This document shows, in pieces, positions 7,782 through 15,425 of a DNA stretch of 42,015 nt; within the stretch, counting starts at the first letter, position 1, and every line of letters begins with the position of its first letter. The notes below the pieces were generated by a model. The model was not told the DNA's origin. It did not search any database and saw only the letters and a list, made by a program, of their open reading frames with translations. The stretch is from a virus (lineage: Duplodnaviria; Caudoviricetes): positions 1 to 42,015 of IMG/VR virus record IMGVR_UViG_3300037423_000736; one strand, written 5' to 3'. The position numbers and the translations under genes were made by a program.

Positions 7782-8576
7782 TCATGCGGCCACCTTCTCC
7801 GCTGCGCGTCGTTTCCGGGCCATCCGGTCGGCCGTCCCGGCTGCACGGCAGTCGTCGCAGCGGCACCCTTGGTTTAGGTAGCCGTTGACGGTTCCGTGGC
7901 GTGGGTCGTCCGCGGCCATTGCGGGAACCAGGGACTCGGGACGTTGTGCGAGGCGTTCATAAAGGTCGCGGTGGCCGTTGCGTCGGCACCACCGCCACAG
8001 CAAGTCGCGGCTGATTCCGAGTTTCGTGCATGCCATCTCCAACGTCTCCCCGATGTGAGCCAGGTGCTGCAGTTCGTCCGCGCGGGTGAGGGCGTGGTTG
8101 GCGTCCGGGCCCATGCCGGCTGGTTTCGCTTCGGGGTCGTCGATGGTGCTGTCATCCCATGCGAGCGGAGGGGCCAGACCTGCACGCTTGGCGTAGCGAA
8201 GGTTCCGCGTCTTGTAGGGACTGTCGGGCGGGATCTTCATAGAGAGCCTGTCGTAGGCGTCCGCGATGGCGAGGGCCGTGGAGCGGTGGATCGTGGGGGT
8301 GCGGGTGCGGAGGAGCTTCGACGGATAGGCCATGTGCTTGTCGATTTCGGCGGCGATCGTCCGGAGGGACCAGCCGAGTGCCATGAGGGCTTCGATGCGT
8401 CGGTAGGTGCCGGTTGCGTCGACCTCGAGTGGTCCTTTGGCGAGGTAGATGCGCGCACGTCGGTTGCGGTGATAGTCCGCACCCGCTGTCCGGCATGGCT
8501 CACACGTCGGGGTCTTGGAGATGGCGTGCGCGATGGACCCCGCGTAGGTGCCGTGGCGTGGGTCGTCAGGCAGCAT
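7782..8576 (-). CDS. HTH DNA-binding protein with two HGT..CxxC zinc motifs
   Basis: DDPRHGT..CEPC at the N-terminus and DDPRHGT..CRCDDC at the C-terminus; RRIEALMALGWS HTH; PPLAWDD. Confidence 0.7.
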   Translation of the reverse strand: MLPDDPRHGTYAGSIAHAISKTPTCEPCRTAGADYHRNRRARIYLAKGPLEVDATGTYRRIEALMALGWSLRTIAAEIDKHMAYPSKLLRTRTPTIHRSTALAIADAYDRLSMKIPPDSPYKTRNLRYAKRAGLAPPLAWDDSTIDDPEAKPAGMGPDANHALTRADELQHLAHIGETLEMACTKLGISRDLLWRWCRRNGHRDLYERLAQRPESLVPAMAADDPRHGTVNGYLNQGCRCDDCRAAGTADRMARKRRAAEKVAA

Positions 8577-8838
8577 CGGCGGCCTGCTTGCGGTTGATGA
8601 TGGCGAGCTGCTGGCGGATCGTGTAGGCGGCGGGGGCCCAGTTCTCGTCGCCGTCGCGGGTAACCATGAGGCAGGTGTCGCCGAGAGGGCAGGTGCCGCA
8701 ATAGCGGTCGGCGAGGTGGTTGGCGAGGAGGGCGTTGTTGGGGCGGTCGATGAGTTCCCAGAACGGGTGCCAGTCGCCGTCACATGCGGGACGGGCCTCG
8801 GGCTTGGTGGTGTCGATGGGTGCGGCGTAGGGGTTCAT
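8566..8838 (-). CDS. WhiB-like transcription factor (divergent)
   Basis: C...CxxCPxxxxC four-Cys spacing; lacks the G[VI]WGG turn. Confidence 0.6.
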   Translation of the reverse strand: MNPYAAPIDTTKPEARPACDGDWHPFWELIDRPNNALLANHLADRYCGTCPLGDTCLMVTRDGDENWAPAAYTIRQQLAIINRKQAADAA

Positions 8839-8981
8839 TCGGGGTCCTCGTTGGTCTCGTTCGCGAATCGGGTGACGGTGCGGTCGGCGAGGCGGAACAG
8901 TGGGTCGAGGGCGTCCCAGATCACGGCGACGACCAGGCGGCCAATGAACACCCATGCGCGGTTCTCGCGGTCGGTGTTCAT
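8835..8981 (-). CDS. 48-aa hypothetical protein
   Basis: MNTDRENRAWVFIGRLVVAVIW...; ATGA overlaps. Confidence 0.55.
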   Translation of the reverse strand: MNTDRENRAWVFIGRLVVAVIWDALDPLFRLADRTVTRFANETNEDPE

Positions 8982-9151
8982 GCGGCGTTCGCTTCGTCGT
9001 GTTCCCGCAACCTGGCCTCAAACGCATCCAACTCAGCGTCCGCAGCAAGATCAGACGCGGTCGGGGTGTCGTCGTAGTCGTCGATGCTGCGCCAGAACTC
9101 GGCCCTACCCGCGTCAGCCTCAGTGCGGCTCCACGTGTCCTCGCCCCTCAC
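8978..9151 (-). CDS. 57-aa acidic hypothetical protein
   Basis: MRGEDTWSRTE...; 4-bp overlaps on both sides. Confidence 0.55.
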   Translation of the reverse strand: MRGEDTWSRTEADAGRAEFWRSIDDYDDTPTASDLAADAELDAFEARLREHDEANAA

Positions 9152-10071
9152 TGGTCCAGCTCCGGCTCAGCAGGGGCGGGCGCCTGACCGGCGAGGTCAC
9201 GCTCGAGCGCGTCGATCACCTTGTGGGCCTCGGACTTCGTGAGGTCGTTGCGGGACTCCACCTCGCGGCCGATGACGTCGGCGACGTAAGCGAGCGCCAT
9301 CTTCCGGTCGGTCATGCCGAGCTCACCCATGCTGGTCGCCATCTTCTTGACCTGCGCGGGAGTGATCACCTCGTCCTTCTGCGGCGTCTCGCCACCCTCG
9401 ACGACCGGCACCTCGTCGGCGTGACGGACGGGCTCGGCCAACTCGTCGAGGTCCGGCTCCGGCGCGGCCGGCGCGATAGCCCGCTGCACCTTCCGCGTCG
9501 ACTTCACGGGCTGCTCAAGCTCCAACTCTTCAACCGTGTGCGGCACACCCGCCAGGACATCGGCAGCGATCTTTCGGCACACATCCGAGGCAGCGCGGGC
9601 GTAGAGCATCGCCTGCGGGTCGGTCTCGTACTTCTTGTTGTTCGTGTACCCGGCGCGGCGGGCCCGGTCGAGGGTCCACTCCACCCGCTCGACGTGCTCG
9701 CTGCCCGCACGCTGGCCACAGACGACGACCTTCGATGCGGTGTCCGTCTCGGTCCACACCTGATGACCGCGCGACTGCACGAGCGCGACCATCGTCTTCG
9801 CGTACAGACCAGGCGTGCCAGAGATGACAAAGATGGAACGCAGCGCAGAGACCGGGGTGAGGCCGAGCTCGTCGCCCAGCATGAGGGCGGCGGCGGCCTC
9901 TTCCGGCTTGCCCGCGAAGTGCTTCGGCACGAACGACGTCCGGCACAACGCAGACGCGAGCTGGTGCGCAGCGGACAGGGACTCGGCCCAGGCGACCAGG
10001 CGGCCCCCGGTCGGGTCCTGAGAGGTGGTGGTGACGAGGTCGGTGGTCGGCTCGTAGGTGGCGATGGTCAT
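9148..10071 (-). CDS. RecT-like ssDNA annealing protein
   Basis: FVPKHFAGKPEE, GDELGLTP..ALRSIFVI.G.P, PQAMLYARA; paired with an exonuclease. Confidence 0.75.
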   Translation of the reverse strand: MTIATYEPTTDLVTTTSQDPTGGRLVAWAESLSAAHQLASALCRTSFVPKHFAGKPEEAAAALMLGDELGLTPVSALRSIFVISGTPGLYAKTMVALVQSRGHQVWTETDTASKVVVCGQRAGSEHVERVEWTLDRARRAGYTNNKKYETDPQAMLYARAASDVCRKIAADVLAGVPHTVEELELEQPVKSTRKVQRAIAPAAPEPDLDELAEPVRHADEVPVVEGGETPQKDEVITPAQVKKMATSMGELGMTDRKMALAYVADVIGREVESRNDLTKSEAHKVIDALERDLAGQAPAPAEPELDQ

Positions 10072-10868
10072 GCGGCACTCCCCGTTGCGGTGGGCGCCGC
10101 GGACACGGCGCCGATCTGGTCCTTGATGGCGTTGACTTGCGAGGCGACCCAGGCGACGTGCCGGAACTGCTTCCAAGCAAGGTCGGGGTCGGCGATGCGG
10201 AACACGTCGGTCCCGGTCGGTGTGACGTGGACGACGGCGAGCCCGTCAACCTCGGGCATCGGCTGCTCAGTGCCGTCCTCGTCGACGTAGAACTCGGCGT
10301 TGCGGTAGGCCGCGAGCTGCAACGCGACCTCGCCGTAGACGTTCTTGCCGGTCTTCCAATCCATGAGCAGCCGCTCCCCGTCGGGCAGGGTCACGATCGC
10401 GTCAGGGGTGCCGGCGTACCAGTTGGCGCGCGACGCACACGGACGCTCCGTGACGACAGGGGTCGGCTGCCACTCGTCGAGGAACCGGACGTAGCCCTCG
10501 ACGTAGCCAGCCAGGTGCTCTGGGATCTCAGCCTCGCGGCCGTGGAGCAGTTCCTCAGCGAGCGCGTGGACGTCGGTGCCGCGGACCGCGGCCTTGTCGC
10601 GGTGACGGTTGTGCGCCGTCTTCAACAGGTCGTAGCGGGCGTCGCCGTCGTCGAGCGCGTTCAGGATCTCGAGGTTGTCGGCTGCGAACCGGGCGACCTC
10701 GCGGGCAGCCCAGTCGATCAGGAACGGCTTAGCGATGCCCTTCCCGAGAATCGTGGTCACGCCGGGCACCCATGCGCCGTCGAGCTTGTAGCGGTGTGAG
10801 GCGGGGTAGAACTTGAGGCCCCGTTGGGCGTTCTCCCGGACGATGTTGTAACGGTCTGATGCGGTCAT
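10068..10868 (-). CDS. Cas4/RecB-like PD-(D/E)xK exonuclease
   Basis: PGVTTIL, RGTDVH, YAGTPD, DWKTG, QLAAY. Confidence 0.88.
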   Translation of the reverse strand: MTASDRYNIVRENAQRGLKFYPASHRYKLDGAWVPGVTTILGKGIAKPFLIDWAAREVARFAADNLEILNALDDGDARYDLLKTAHNRHRDKAAVRGTDVHALAEELLHGREAEIPEHLAGYVEGYVRFLDEWQPTPVVTERPCASRANWYAGTPDAIVTLPDGERLLMDWKTGKNVYGEVALQLAAYRNAEFYVDEDGTEQPMPEVDGLAVVHVTPTGTDVFRIADPDLAWKQFRHVAWVASQVNAIKDQIGAVSAAPTATGSAA

Positions 10869-11266
10869 GCTGTTTCCCCCCTAGTGATGAATGTGTCGAC
10901 GCACGAACCGCAGTCGCAGTCCGGGTCCAGAAGAAGCTCAATCCACAGGCCGCCCGGCGACTTCTCCCCAGCCCGCGGATCCGGTCCAACGACGTGCTTG
11001 TCGTCGTCATCCGGCAACACGCCGGCGTCCACGATCCCGTCGAGACACGCCTTGACCGTGGGGTAGAAGTTGGCGACGTCGCGGCGCCTGTTGGTGGTCG
11101 CATGTACCCAGTAGGTGACGTGTGCGTGGTCCATCGGCTTGACCTTGCGGGCCAGGATCGCGGTACGCAGACGCCAATTCCGGGTTCGTTCCGCGCGGAC
11201 GTGGTGGTGTAGGCGCTGGTTGCTTGTCAGCGGCTCGTCGGGCGCGTTGATCTCGAGGCGGATCAC
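10865..11266 (-). CDS. rusA: RusA-like Holliday junction resolvase
   Basis: RRRDVANFYPTVKACLDGIVDAGVLPDD motif. Confidence 0.8.
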   Translation of the reverse strand: MIRLEINAPDEPLTSNQRLHHHVRAERTRNWRLRTAILARKVKPMDHAHVTYWVHATTNRRRDVANFYPTVKACLDGIVDAGVLPDDDDKHVVGPDPRAGEKSPGGLWIELLLDPDCDCGSCVDTFITRGETA

Positions 11267-11373
11267 AGTGGGTTCTCCTCCCAGCCACAGACGAGGCACA
11301 CGAGGCCGTCCCAGACGCAGTGGTGAAGGTCGCTTCCCGTGGCCCCGCAGTCGGGGCACTCGCGGGCGCTCAT
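11263..11373 (-). CDS. 36-aa zinc-ribbon protein
   Basis: CPDC...CLVC; 4-bp overlaps. Confidence 0.55.
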   Translation of the reverse strand: MSARECPDCGATGSDLHHCVWDGLVCLVCGWEENPL

Positions 11374-11540
11374 GCGGTCACCGCGTCGACGATGAGGGGC
11401 CACAGGAACCTGGCCGTTTCGGGCAGGTCGATCAACCGGAGGACCGCGACTGGGGTTTCGGGTGCGCCGTTGTAGACACGGAACAGGCAGGTGTCGCCGT
11501 AGCCGTCGATGTCGACGAAGTGGCTGTAGTGGACGCTCAT
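11370..11540 (-). CDS. 56-aa hypothetical protein
   Basis: MSVHYSHFVDIDGYGD...; GAGGAG RBS and ATGA overlaps. Confidence 0.6.
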   Translation of the reverse strand: MSVHYSHFVDIDGYGDTCLFRVYNGAPETPVAVLRLIDLPETARFLWPLIVDAVTA

Positions 11541-11704
11541 GCGGCGGGCTCCTCGTGCGGCGCGAACGGACAGACCTTGAGCTCGGACAGGCGGTTGTCA
11601 CGCAAACGGCAGCCACAAACGGGGCAGTAGTCGGACTCGTCGCCCGGCAACAACGGGTTCACGCGGTGCAGTGCGGCGTCGAGGGACGTGTGAAAGTCGC
11701 TCAT
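11537..11704 (-). CDS. Small zinc-finger protein
   Basis: CPVC...CPFAPH; GGAGG RBS. Confidence 0.6.
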   Translation of the reverse strand: MSDFHTSLDAALHRVNPLLPGDESDYCPVCGCRLRDNRLSELKVCPFAPHEEPAA

Positions 11705-12525
11705 GCGGCCACCTCCGTCGTCTGGATGTGGTCGAGAAGTTGGGTGCCGATCCACTCGGCGAAGATCGGGGGCACGGCCTGAGCCATGCCACGCTTCGTC
11801 ATCCAGTCGATGCCGAGCAGCCGCTGCTGCACCTCAAGCGACTTAGGGACGTAACCGCCCTTGCGGTCGAACTTGCAGGCGGCACGATGCTCCGCCGCGG
11901 TCTGTCCCGGCTTGCGTCCCCGGCCACCGCCGTACACCCCAGCCACCCAAACGTTCGGGTCGTGGTTGCACGGGCCAGGCGGGTAGAGAGCAGTGTTGGA
12001 CTCGAACAGGCGGTGACGTTCGAGCCGCAGCGGCAGCCCGTCCTCGTCGTTGGTGCCCAGCCCGAACATCGACCCGCAAAGCATCATCGGGTTGCGGAGC
12101 GCGGCACCCTTGACGTTCTCCAGAACCCAGGGGAGGCCGGTCTGCTGCAACAGCCAGCGGGTCGGCTCGATGAGCGCGACGTACTGCTTGCCGTCGACGC
12201 GGAGTGCCCTGGTGCCGGCTGATGCGTGCTGGCAGGGGCATGAGGCGTGGGCGGCTTCGAAGTCGGCGAGGGCGAGCCATTCGACTGTGCCGTCTTTGTG
12301 GGTGAAGGGCAGTTTCTCGCCTGCCAGGAGCATGGTGAGCGCGAGGATGGCGTCGCCCTTGTATGACGGGCCGGGGTAGCGCTTCTGGGAGAAGCCTGCG
12401 CGTTTGCCGTTGCTGTCGTAGTACTCGAACAGGTCGACGCAGTAGACGTCCCAGCCGGCGTCGGTGTAGCCCTTGTGGCAGCCACCTTCGCAGCCGTAGA
12501 GCTCGAGGAGCTTGGGGCGGCTCAT
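11701..12525 (-). CDS. DNA cytosine-5 methyltransferase (phage type)
   Basis: LELYGCEGG (variant motif I), SCPCQ (PC catalytic), LENV, RHRLF, QAVPP. Confidence 0.85.
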   Translation of the reverse strand: MSRPKLLELYGCEGGCHKGYTDAGWDVYCVDLFEYYDSNGKRAGFSQKRYPGPSYKGDAILALTMLLAGEKLPFTHKDGTVEWLALADFEAAHASCPCQHASAGTRALRVDGKQYVALIEPTRWLLQQTGLPWVLENVKGAALRNPMMLCGSMFGLGTNDEDGLPLRLERHRLFESNTALYPPGPCNHDPNVWVAGVYGGGRGRKPGQTAAEHRAACKFDRKGGYVPKSLEVQQRLLGIDWMTKRGMAQAVPPIFAEWIGTQLLDHIQTTEVAA

Positions 12526-12794
12526 GCGGCACCGTCCTGGACTATGCGGAGTGCGTGGTTCAGTCCACGGCGAAACATCGCGCCGTTGCCCTTGGCGGCG
12601 TGGCCGTAACTGCATTCGGTGGAGATGGCTTCGACAATCCGTTGGCGCTCCACCGCGATCTCCTGGTCGATGACGGGCAGCAGGGCGTCGACGTACTGCT
12701 CGACGGTCGGATCTGCCTCAACGGCTTCCAGTGCTTGCACGGCTGCTATTGCCCGCTCCCGCAGGTCGCTGGCCTGGGGCGTGCCCCCGCTCAT
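12522..12794 (-). CDS. Hypothetical protein
   Basis: ATGA overlaps on both sides. Confidence 0.65.
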   Translation of the reverse strand: MSGGTPQASDLRERAIAAVQALEAVEADPTVEQYVDALLPVIDQEIAVERQRIVEAISTECSYGHAAKGNGAMFRRGLNHALRIVQDGAA

Positions 12795-12985
12795 GCGGCA
12801 TCCCGCGTCTCGGCGTCAACCTGCGTGTCCGGGGCCGGCGTGTAGGTGACGTCCGTGTTGGCGAGCTCCACGAGACCCGCAACCCACAAGCAGACGATCG
12901 CGACCAGGACCCCACCGGCTAGGAACGGGCCACCCCAGATGAGGGCCGTAACGAACCGGTCCCCAGCAACACTCAACGCGGTCAC
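12791..12985 (-). CDS. Membrane protein
   Basis: Hydrophobic segment FLAGGVLVAIVCLWVAGLV; GTG start overlapping the upstream stop. Confidence 0.6.
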   Translation of the reverse strand: MTALSVAGDRFVTALIWGGPFLAGGVLVAIVCLWVAGLVELANTDVTYTPAPDTQVDAETRDAA

Positions 12986-13464
12986 AGGGTCACGCCCTCG
13001 GAGACCACGCGGGCGACGTCGATGGCGTCCCAGTGCCAACGCGAGCCGCCTTCAACGACCTGCCAGGGATGGTCGCTGTCACCGAGCCGGACGAGCACGC
13101 TGCCGTCTTCGTCCTCGACCACGGCACCTAGGCCGGTCGGCTCCTCGGGCTTCGATGGGCGGGTCTGCTCCTCGATCTGGTCAGCGATAGCAAGGGCCGC
13201 GACGCTGCGAGTGTTACGGAGGCGCGCAACGATCAGGGCCGGGTCGCGTTTCTCGGCCCAGCAGCCATACGCCTGCTCGATGTCCAGCACCACGAGCGGG
13301 CGGACGTCGGTGACCACAGCGTCATAGAAGGACGTATCGCTACCCGCCACCGGGCGGTTGGCGTACCACTTGTCGGCGAAGAGGCCCTCGCCGCGCACCA
13401 CTCGCACGCCCTTGACGCCCTTGACGGTCGCAACCGCCACGGTTCCCGGCTCGTAGGCGTTCAT
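12982..13464 (-). CDS. Hypothetical protein
   Basis: KPEEPTGLGAVV motif; operon packing. Confidence 0.7.
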   Translation of the reverse strand: MNAYEPGTVAVATVKGVKGVRVVRGEGLFADKWYANRPVAGSDTSFYDAVVTDVRPLVVLDIEQAYGCWAEKRDPALIVARLRNTRSVAALAIADQIEEQTRPSKPEEPTGLGAVVEDEDGSVLVRLGDSDHPWQVVEGGSRWHWDAIDVARVVSEGVTL

Positions 13465-13616
13465 CGTCCGGCTGCCTTGGTGATGAGGGCCGTGACATAG
13501 GTGACCGTGCCGACCGTCAGGAACTTGTCGCCACCGTTCGACGTGACCACCGGGTTCGGAAGCCGCTGAACCAGCGACTCAAACTCGCTGTCCGTCACCC
13601 GCCTCAGGGCACTCAC
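13461..13616 (-). CDS. 51-aa hypothetical protein
   Basis: MSALRRVTDSEFESL...; 4-bp overlaps on both sides. Confidence 0.55.
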   Translation of the reverse strand: MSALRRVTDSEFESLVQRLPNPVVTSNGGDKFLTVGTVTYVTALITKAAGR

Positions 13617-14038
13617 GCCACACCGTCCAGGCGAACGTGCTCAATGGCTTTGTCGGCGCTCATGGTGCGCCAGTTCGGCCAGGTGCGGGCCTCGTTCTTC
13701 GCCTGCTTGGCCTTGATCGCGTCGATGATCTCCTGCGGTTCCCAGCCCGCCCGCCACGCGCCATCAAAGGCGAGGATGATGACGTCGACCCACTCGGAGA
13801 CGTCAGTGGGGTTCTCTTCGATCTCGCCGAGCTCCTTGCGGATGTGATCAAGCACGCCGAGGAGTCGGTCGCCGGGGCCGAAGGTCGCCTCAGACCAATC
13901 GCGCTGGGCCTCGAGGTGCGCCGCGTCAATCACGGCGGGCGGGGTGAATGAGTGTCCGAGGTGCCCAGTCATTTCCAGCGCCGCGTGCGTGTTGTGGCGG
14001 TTATCCCGCCCGCACTTCGCGCAGAGGATGTCATCCAT
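13613..14038 (-). CDS. DUF550-family dATP/dGTP pyrophosphohydrolase (MazG-like fold)
   Basis: QRDWSEATFGP, GVLDHIRKELGEI, EWVDVIILAFDGAWRAG, KQAKNEARTWP. Confidence 0.85.
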   Translation of the reverse strand: MDDILCAKCGRDNRHNTHAALEMTGHLGHSFTPPAVIDAAHLEAQRDWSEATFGPGDRLLGVLDHIRKELGEIEENPTDVSEWVDVIILAFDGAWRAGWEPQEIIDAIKAKQAKNEARTWPNWRTMSADKAIEHVRLDGVA

Positions 14039-14193
14039 GTCGTACCCTTCTGTTAGTGCCCGCCTCGCCCTGATCCGGCTTAGAGGCGGGTTCTCTCGTT
14101 GCTAGGTGGTGGCTGGCCGGTCCGCCGGGGAAGAACGGACCGACCAGGCTTAGAGACGCAGCCCGCCAGGGAGGGGGGACGGACTGCGCCGGC

Positions 14194-14412
14194 TCAGGAG
14201 GCGTCGGCCTGGGGGCGTTCGGTGGGAAGGTTCTCTGCGTACTCGCGGAGGGACTTCACGGAGACGAGGCGGCGGCTGCCCTTGTAGCGGGAGTCGATCG
14301 GTCGGGCCTCGTCGTCGAGGAGCTGGTATGCAGCCCAGAGGGAGATGCCGAGGGCTTTCGCGGCCTCTTTGACGGAGATGAAGATCGGCTCGATGCCGTC
14401 GCTGTCACTCAT
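14194..14412 (-). CDS. xis: Excisionase/Cro-like HTH protein
   Basis: ISVKEAAKALGIS...GSRRLVSVKSLREY; first gene of the early operon, divergent from the repressor. Confidence 0.75.
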   Translation of the reverse strand: MSDSDGIEPIFISVKEAAKALGISLWAAYQLLDDEARPIDSRYKGSRRLVSVKSLREYAENLPTERPQADAS

Positions 14413-14595
14413 GGAAGGGTTCGCCCCGTTCTGTCGAGTACTGCCGGGTGTTGTACCGAAACATACCCGAAGGTTCCGACAGAAACCCGCAACACTCCGC
14501 AGATTCCTCATGGATTTTACGTAGAGAGACGTATTTACCTGGCCACCCCCGCCTCCTCGTGGTCACATAGGCGGGGACACAAGGGGTGGGATGAC

Positions 14596-14997
14596 ATGTT
14601 GGAAGTTGCTGATGCGGCAAGATTCGACGGTGTGACCGAAACACGAGGGGACCTACTACGACAGCGGCGGCTGAGACATGGCATGTCTGTGTCCCAGTTG
14701 CATCGCGCATCGAGGATGTCTAGGGATGCGATCGACGCGGCCGAGGCGGGGAAGGCGTCTGATCTGACGTATTCGAAGCTTGAGAAGTGGTTCGACGACT
14801 TCGAGGAGGAGACGGGGGCGGACGAGGAGGGGATGGTCGCGGAGGGGCCGGCGTCGCCAGTTCCGTCGCCGACTGTGGTGATCCGTCTGGGGAATGGGGC
14901 GGTGGTTGTTGAGGGGCCTGTCGAGAACTTGGAGGCTCTGATTGAGGCGGCGGAGCGTCTTCGGCGGAGTTCCGCTAGTCCGGATGATGGACTTTAG
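14596..14997 (+). CDS. Immunity repressor (XRE-type HTH)
   Basis: LLRQRRLRHGMSVSQL...AIDAAEAG; divergent from xis; true start may be GTG 14632. Confidence 0.75.
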   Translation: MLEVADAARFDGVTETRGDLLRQRRLRHGMSVSQLHRASRMSRDAIDAAEAGKASDLTYSKLEKWFDDFEEETGADEEGMVAEGPASPVPSPTVVIRLGNGAVVVEGPVENLEALIEAAERLRRSSASPDDGL

Positions 14998-15148
14998 GGT
15001 CCATTTTTGTGCCCCGACCCTATAGACGGAACGGTAACGGTTCCTGTCTTATGCAAGGGTGGCGTAAGAACCGTGGGTGGTGGCACCTACGGTTACCAAC
15101 CAGAGCAGCACCTTGAGGGAGAGCTGCAGAACTGGGGGTTCTCGGTAT

Positions 15149-15424
15149 ATGTCGTACAGGGTTCGTTTCGTGCCGGATGCTGAGATGCCGCCTGGGCATG
15201 ACTATGTGTTGATCGAGGACGCCGCGGATTGCGTCGTGTACTTCCGGGCGTCGTTCCGGTATCTCTCGCCGGCGGGCATGGCTGACGTGTTGGAGAGGTC
15301 GTGGGCGGGGCTCCGTGGCTTGGATGAGGTCCACAGGGTCGTCCCGACCCAGGGGGCGTGCGCCGGGTCAGAGCGGGTTCTCGACAACGTGACGCTCTCG
15401 AGAATGCTTGCTGAGATCGTGTGA
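15149..15424 (+). CDS. Hypothetical protein in immunity region
   Basis: MSYRVRFVPD...; ends 1 nt from the integrase stop; start uncertain (15077 possible). Confidence 0.55.
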   Translation: MSYRVRFVPDAEMPPGHDYVLIEDAADCVVYFRASFRYLSPAGMADVLERSWAGLRGLDEVHRVVPTQGACAGSERVLDNVTLSRMLAEIV

Positions 15425-15425
15425 C

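Noticed and set aside
8548-10290. 580-aa plus-strand ORF
   Set aside because: Antisense to several well-supported, coupled minus-strand genes
10068-10868. CRISPR-Cas component (Cas4)
   Set aside because: Sits in an exonuclease-recombinase pair; no repeat-spacer array or other cas genes in the window
13613-14038. 2-aminoadenine or 7-deazaguanine DNA system
   Set aside because: No purZ, datZ, dpdA, que genes or phage polymerase recognisable
14413-14595. Defined repressor operators and divergent promoters
   Set aside because: Expected here, and weak TCCG(A)CAGA-like repeats are visible, but no convincing palindrome or -35/-10 pair could be fixed by eye
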